This document shows, piece after piece, positions 58,355 through 64,000 of a stretch of DNA of 64,000 nt. The stretch covers positions 341,434,001 to 341,498,000 of the forward strand of contig OZ024742.1 of NCBI GenBank assembly GCA_964016885.1. The letters are read 5' to 3'. Origin of the DNA: Eledone cirrhosa. Taxonomy: Eukaryota. Each line of letters begins with the position of its first letter. The stretch's first letter is position 1. The position numbers were made by a program, and so were the translations under genes. The notes below the pieces were generated by a model. The model saw only the letters and a list, made by a program, of their open reading frames with translations, was not told where the DNA came from and did not search any database.

Positions 58355-58985
58355 ATCATACACCCTTATTTACATGCGCACTTATGTATTTTTATACTCA
58401 CATACAAGCACCCAAACATACATACCTACCTACATATACATATGTACATCCACGCTTACAAATACAAATAATTATAGGGGGGGGGGGGGATTATAGTAAA
58501 TATAGGTTTCAAGGAACATAGAATATTAAATTGCATCTAGATCATAATATGTGTTTACATAGTAGTTTCAGTATTAGGAAATGTAAGAAAGAAAGCAAAA
58601 TTATGCATTTTAATATAAGTAGACTATTAATTATAGGTTAACTAAATTAAAAATAGTTAATATATTGATTTCTAAGGTGTATACTACTTAGGTTTATAAT
58701 CTTTGAAGCGGAATTTTGAAGTTAAACAGTAGTAGAGTATTAATTATAGGTTAACTAAATTAAAAATATTAACATTATGGTATCAATATTAGGAAATGAA
58801 TTTAGTAATAGGGAAAAAAACAAATCAAGTATTTCATCGGTAGTAGAATATAAATTATAGGTTAACTAAATTAAAAATTATATATTAATTTCTATAGTAT
58901 ATGTTAATTAGGTTTATAATAATTAAAACAGATTTTGTATTTTATCTATAGTAAAATATAATTATAGGTTAACAAAAAATAAAAA

Positions 58986-59075
<90 letters not shown>

Positions 59076-59534
59076 ATTGTAAAGAATATATTAATTAGGT
59101 ATATATTTAAAATTTTTCTCAGTTTATGATTACATGATATTCTGCAATCCATCTGTATTAGAATTTTAATTTTAAGCTAATTAAAATAAAATTTTAGGTT
59201 AACTAAATTAAAATTAAATTATAAATATATTTCTAAATTGTACATTAATTAGGTTTATAATATTAAAAAATATTTCTCTGTCATTGATTACACGCTATTT
59301 TGTTATATTTCATCTGTAAAGGAATTTTAATAAAAGGTTAAATAAACTAAAATTAATCTATAAATTAATTTACAAAGTATATATTAATTATGTTAATAAT
59401 ATTTAAAAGTTTTTCACAATTTATGATTACACAATATTTTATAATCTCAACTGTAGTAGAATTTTAATTAAATTAAATGTATAGGTTAACTAACATTTAA
59501 ATTAAATTATATATTAATTTCTAAAATTATATTA

Positions 59535-61642
59535 TTAATTAGGTTTATAATATTTAAATGTTTTTCTTAGTTTATGATTACACGATATAATTAATTCCTG
59601 TCGCTTATTTAATAGGATATCCTTAGATTTCATTATTTCAAATAGTTCTTGGGAACATAATCTACATTCATTTCTATTATTTTGATAAGGGGTGGCTCTT
59701 TTGAGCATACTCCAGGTCATATCATATTCTATATTCTTATTTTTATAACTATTGATTTTTTCTGCTAGAGATGTTGTATTAGCTAGTGCGGCATTTTTAA
59801 AACTGTGCTTGTGGGTATTAAACCTTACCTTAAAATTGTTAGAAGTAGCTCCTATATATGAGCAAATAGAATCTTTAGTTTTAACATTACATTTATAAAC
59901 TATGTTGTTAACCAGACAATTTCCTTTTAATGGGCAGTTTGCTTTGTTTCTACAGTTACAACCTTTCGTTAATTCTGTATTTGAGGAGATATTATGGTTA
60001 GTTTGATGTATTGGTGGTATACTTATGGTATTCTTACATTTATATGCATTATAGGCACTTATATTTTGTTTTATGTTTTTGGTTGTTGAGTATGAGAATT
60101 TAACTGTTGACCTATTTAAGATTTGATGGTATTTGTGGTTTGGCGGGAAGTTTTTCTCTAGGATATAAAAAAATTGTTTAGCAATATTATCCTTAATTTG
60201 TAAATTAAATGGAGCATTATACCAAGTAACTCGTCTATTACGGTTTCTATGTTGTTTATTATTTTTATAGGTTGTATCGTGATGTTTACTAGGGGGATTA
60301 ATGTTAATGATCTCACCACGCACATTTTTAGTTAGATTTATAGATTTAGGTGTTTTATCTTGTTTATTAGGAGTTTTATTATTAACATTTATTAGAGTTG
60401 TATGATGAGTAGTTTTTTGAGAGTTACTATACTTTATATTAGAGGAGTTGTTGGTATTTTGGGGTATAGTGTGGGTGGCATTTAGGTGTGTACTTTTGAT
60501 TTGGTGTTTGTTGGTAATATTAGGTTGTATGTTTATAGTATTTTTAGTAGAAGGTATATATTCTAATCTATTTTTGTGGCCACTTCTATCTAGAGCTTCG
60601 TTATAGAAGGTCGCATTTTTATCAAATACATCTTGGTTAGACGAAAGGTTAGAAATTCTAAGTGATATATTATATGCAAGGTTTCTAAGGATAGATTTAG
60701 GGTGATTAGATTGTGAGTGTATGTAGTGTAAGTTTTGGTTGGGTTTATGGTAAGGTTGGTAGATACCCGTAGCTAAGTCTAAAGTTATATCTAGGAAATT
60801 AACTACTTTACTTGTGTTTTCAAAAGTAATATGAAGACTATAATAGTCTTTAAGGAAAGTTCTAATAAGCTTTTTGTTTTTTTCTATTTCTGAAAGGCTA
60901 AGGTTGTTGGAAAGAAGAAGACAGTCATCACGATATAAACCACCTTTAAGGTGGGGAAAGGAAGCATTTATGTTGAAAAGGAGAAAGAGGCCCACAAGAT
61001 CAGTAATTTGGGCGGAATCGCTTGAACCCATAGTAATATCAAATAGATTACTATATGTGTTTCTGGTCCAGTATTCATTCTGAAATTCAATAAGTGTTAG
61101 TCTAGCATGTGTAATAATATTAATGTCATCCAAAGTTAAGTTAGATCTATTTTTAGCAAATATCAAAGCTTTGTTCAGGAGTATAGGTGATATAGAAGAA
61201 TAGTAATTATCTATATCAAATTGTAGAAAAGAAGCAGAAGATTTACATCTAATATTTTTAAACCAGTTAATTACCTGGGAAGTGTTTTCCCAGAGTGGTA
61301 AATTAACATGTTTTCTTATTTGTGGGATGACTCTATCCAAAATTATTTTGCTAATTATTCCAATAACAGATTTGGAGGGACATATAAGTCTTATAGAAGG
61401 ATTTGAGTTAAAGTTTGATTTATGATCCTTCAGGTTGAAGTGTGGTCTTTTCAATGCCAAAGGTTCAGTTCTATCTTCAATGTTTAGTTTTTTTACTATG
61501 TTGTGTGTTTTGTTGTTGATGTTGGTGAGTGACGCATTATTAGATTTTTTATAATTTTTCCTGAGTTCTTTATATATGAACTCATTATAATATTCAATAT
61601 CCATGTGATACAAGTTTCCAGTTTTGTCCGAGTGGACATGGA
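59535..61642 (-). CDS. Naiad-like PLE RT + GIY-YIG protein, N-terminally truncated but otherwise uninterrupted (~700 aa)
   Basis: SDKTGN, KDHK, FDIDNYYSSI, ITMGS, GLYRDD, FLDI, SNHP, CNCRNKANCPLKGNC, IVY..YIGAT, CRLC, LNKRQE..CNH. The annotated start (MLIIFK) comes from the inverted arm. Confidence 0.9.
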
Positions 61643-61978
61643 TTTTAAATATTATTAACATAATTAATATATACTTTGTAAATTAATTTATAGATTAATT
61701 TTAGTTTATTTAACCTTTTATTAAAATTCCTTTACAGATGAAATATAACAAAATAGCGTGTAATCAATGACAGAGAAATATTTTTTAATATTATAAACCT
61801 AATTAATGTACAATTTAGAAATATATTTATAATTTAATTTTAATTTAGTTAACCTAAAATTTTATTTTAATTAGCTTAAAATTAAAATTCTAATACAGAT
61901 GGATTGCAGAATATCATGTAATCATAAACTGAGAAAAATTTTAAATATATACCTAATTAATATATTCTTTACAATTAA

Positions 61979-62077
<99 letters not shown>

Positions 62078-62716
62078 TTTTTTTTTTTGTTAACCTATAA
62101 TTATATTTTAATATAGATAAAATACAAAATCTGTTTTAATTATTATAAACCTAATTAACATATACTATAGAAATTAATATATAATTTTTAATTTAGTTAA
62201 CCTATAATTTATATTCTACTACCGATGAAATACTTGATTTGTTTTTTTCCCTATTACTAAATTCATTTCCTAATATTGATACCATAATGTTAATATTTTT
62301 AATTTAGTTATGCTATAATTAATACTCTACTACTGTTTAACTTCAAAATTCCGCTTCAAAGATTATAAACCTAAGTAGTATACACCTTAGAAATCAATAT
62401 ATTAACTATTTTTAATTTAGTTAACCTATAATTAATAGTCTACTTATATTAAAATGCATAATTTTGCTTTCTTTCTTACATTTCCTAATACTGAAACTAC
62501 TATGTAAACACATATTATGATCTAGATGCAATTTAATATTCTATGTTCCTTGAAACCTATATTTACTATAATCCCCTCCCCCCCCCCCCCTATAATTATT
62601 TGTATTTGTAAGCGTGGATGTACATATGTATATGTAGGTAGGTATGTATGTTTGGGTGCTTGTATGTGAGTATAAAAATACATAAGTGCGCATGTAAATA
62701 AGGGTGTATGATTGTG

Positions 62717-62763
<47 letters not shown>

Positions 62764-62903
62764 GTATATATATGTATATATGTATGTGTGTATATATATG
62801 TATATATATATATCTATGTGTATGTGTGTGTGTGTATATATATGCGTATGTGTGCGTGTATATGTGAGTATATATATATATATATATTTGTAGTTGATGT
62901 GTG

Positions 62904-62948
<45 letters not shown>

Positions 62949-62976
62949 GTGCATAATTGTCTGACTGTGTGTGTAT

Positions 62977-63007
<31 letters not shown>

Positions 63008-63022
63008 TTTTTTATATATATG

Positions 63023-63083
<61 letters not shown>

Positions 63084-63186
63084 GTGTATGTATATGTGTG
63101 TGTGTGTGTGTGTGTATATATGCGTATATGTATGTGTATGTGTGTGTGTGTATATATATGTGTATGTATGTATGTATATGTATATG

Positions 63187-63217
<31 letters not shown>

Positions 63218-63304
63218 GTATATGTGTGTGTGTATATGTGTGTGTGTATGTGTGTGTGTATATATATATATATATGGGTATGTATGTGTATATATGTATG
63301 TACA

Positions 63305-63347
<43 letters not shown>

Positions 63348-63738
63348 TGTGAATATGTATATATATATATATGTGTGTATGTATATGTGTCTATGTATTT
63401 ATATGTGTATACGTATGTGTCTCTATATATATGTGTGTGTATATATGTGTATATATATGTGTATATATATAAATATATATATGTGTATGTATATGTGTAT
63501 ATATATATATATCGATGTGTATTTTATATTTTACTTGTTTATATATATATATATTTTTTTTTTTAATATTCTTCTTTTTATTTCTAAATTTATAGATACA
63601 TTTTTAAATAGGCAGTTTGTCTGACACCCGTAAATACTGACCCCCCCCCCACCTACTTTCTGTATCTGGATCTAAATATATGTGGCAGTGCTTATGTGCG
63701 CGCCTTAATGTCCATATGCTTATGATAATAATATATAC

Positions 63739-63777
<39 letters not shown>

Positions 63778-64000
63778 TGTGTGTGTGTGTATGTTCGTGG
63801 TTATGTGTATGTTTATGCGTATATGCGCGTGTGTGTGTGAATGTATGTTTATGTGTGTATATATGAATGTATATATGTTTATATACGTATATGTATTTTA
63901 TCTGTAGATTATAAGCATACAGAGACATTAGCCCTGAATTTTTGTATTTACATACATTTTCTCGACATGCGTATGCATGTGAACATATATTTTTATGCAT

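Overview
Repeat-saturated animal DNA with no recognisable host gene. It is probably intergenic or intronic; octopus/cephalopod origin is inferred from the SINE family and the extreme (TA)n/(TACA)n density. Bases 1-14.8 kb are two AAC-based complex satellites facing each other. The rest is microsatellite fields holding nested retroelements: R4/Dong-like, RTE, Tx1/L1 and CR1/L2-like LINE fragments, tRNA-derived SINEs and a non-autonomous Helitron. The most striking content is a cluster of ten Penelope-like element (PLE) insertions from about eight families. Eight of them are fold-back (inverted-repeat) structures with arms from ~130 bp to >2.3 kb, all at (TA)n tracts. Their terminal repeats carry about 17 intact or decayed minimal type-I hammerhead ribozyme motifs. 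In every fold-back both hammerheads point outward. Three inversion junctions show short stutter duplications. One hammerhead has a ~115-nt domain II. One Naiad-like element has a 3' UTR built from tandem copies of its own ORF end. All calls were made by eye; no searches or folding programs were run.
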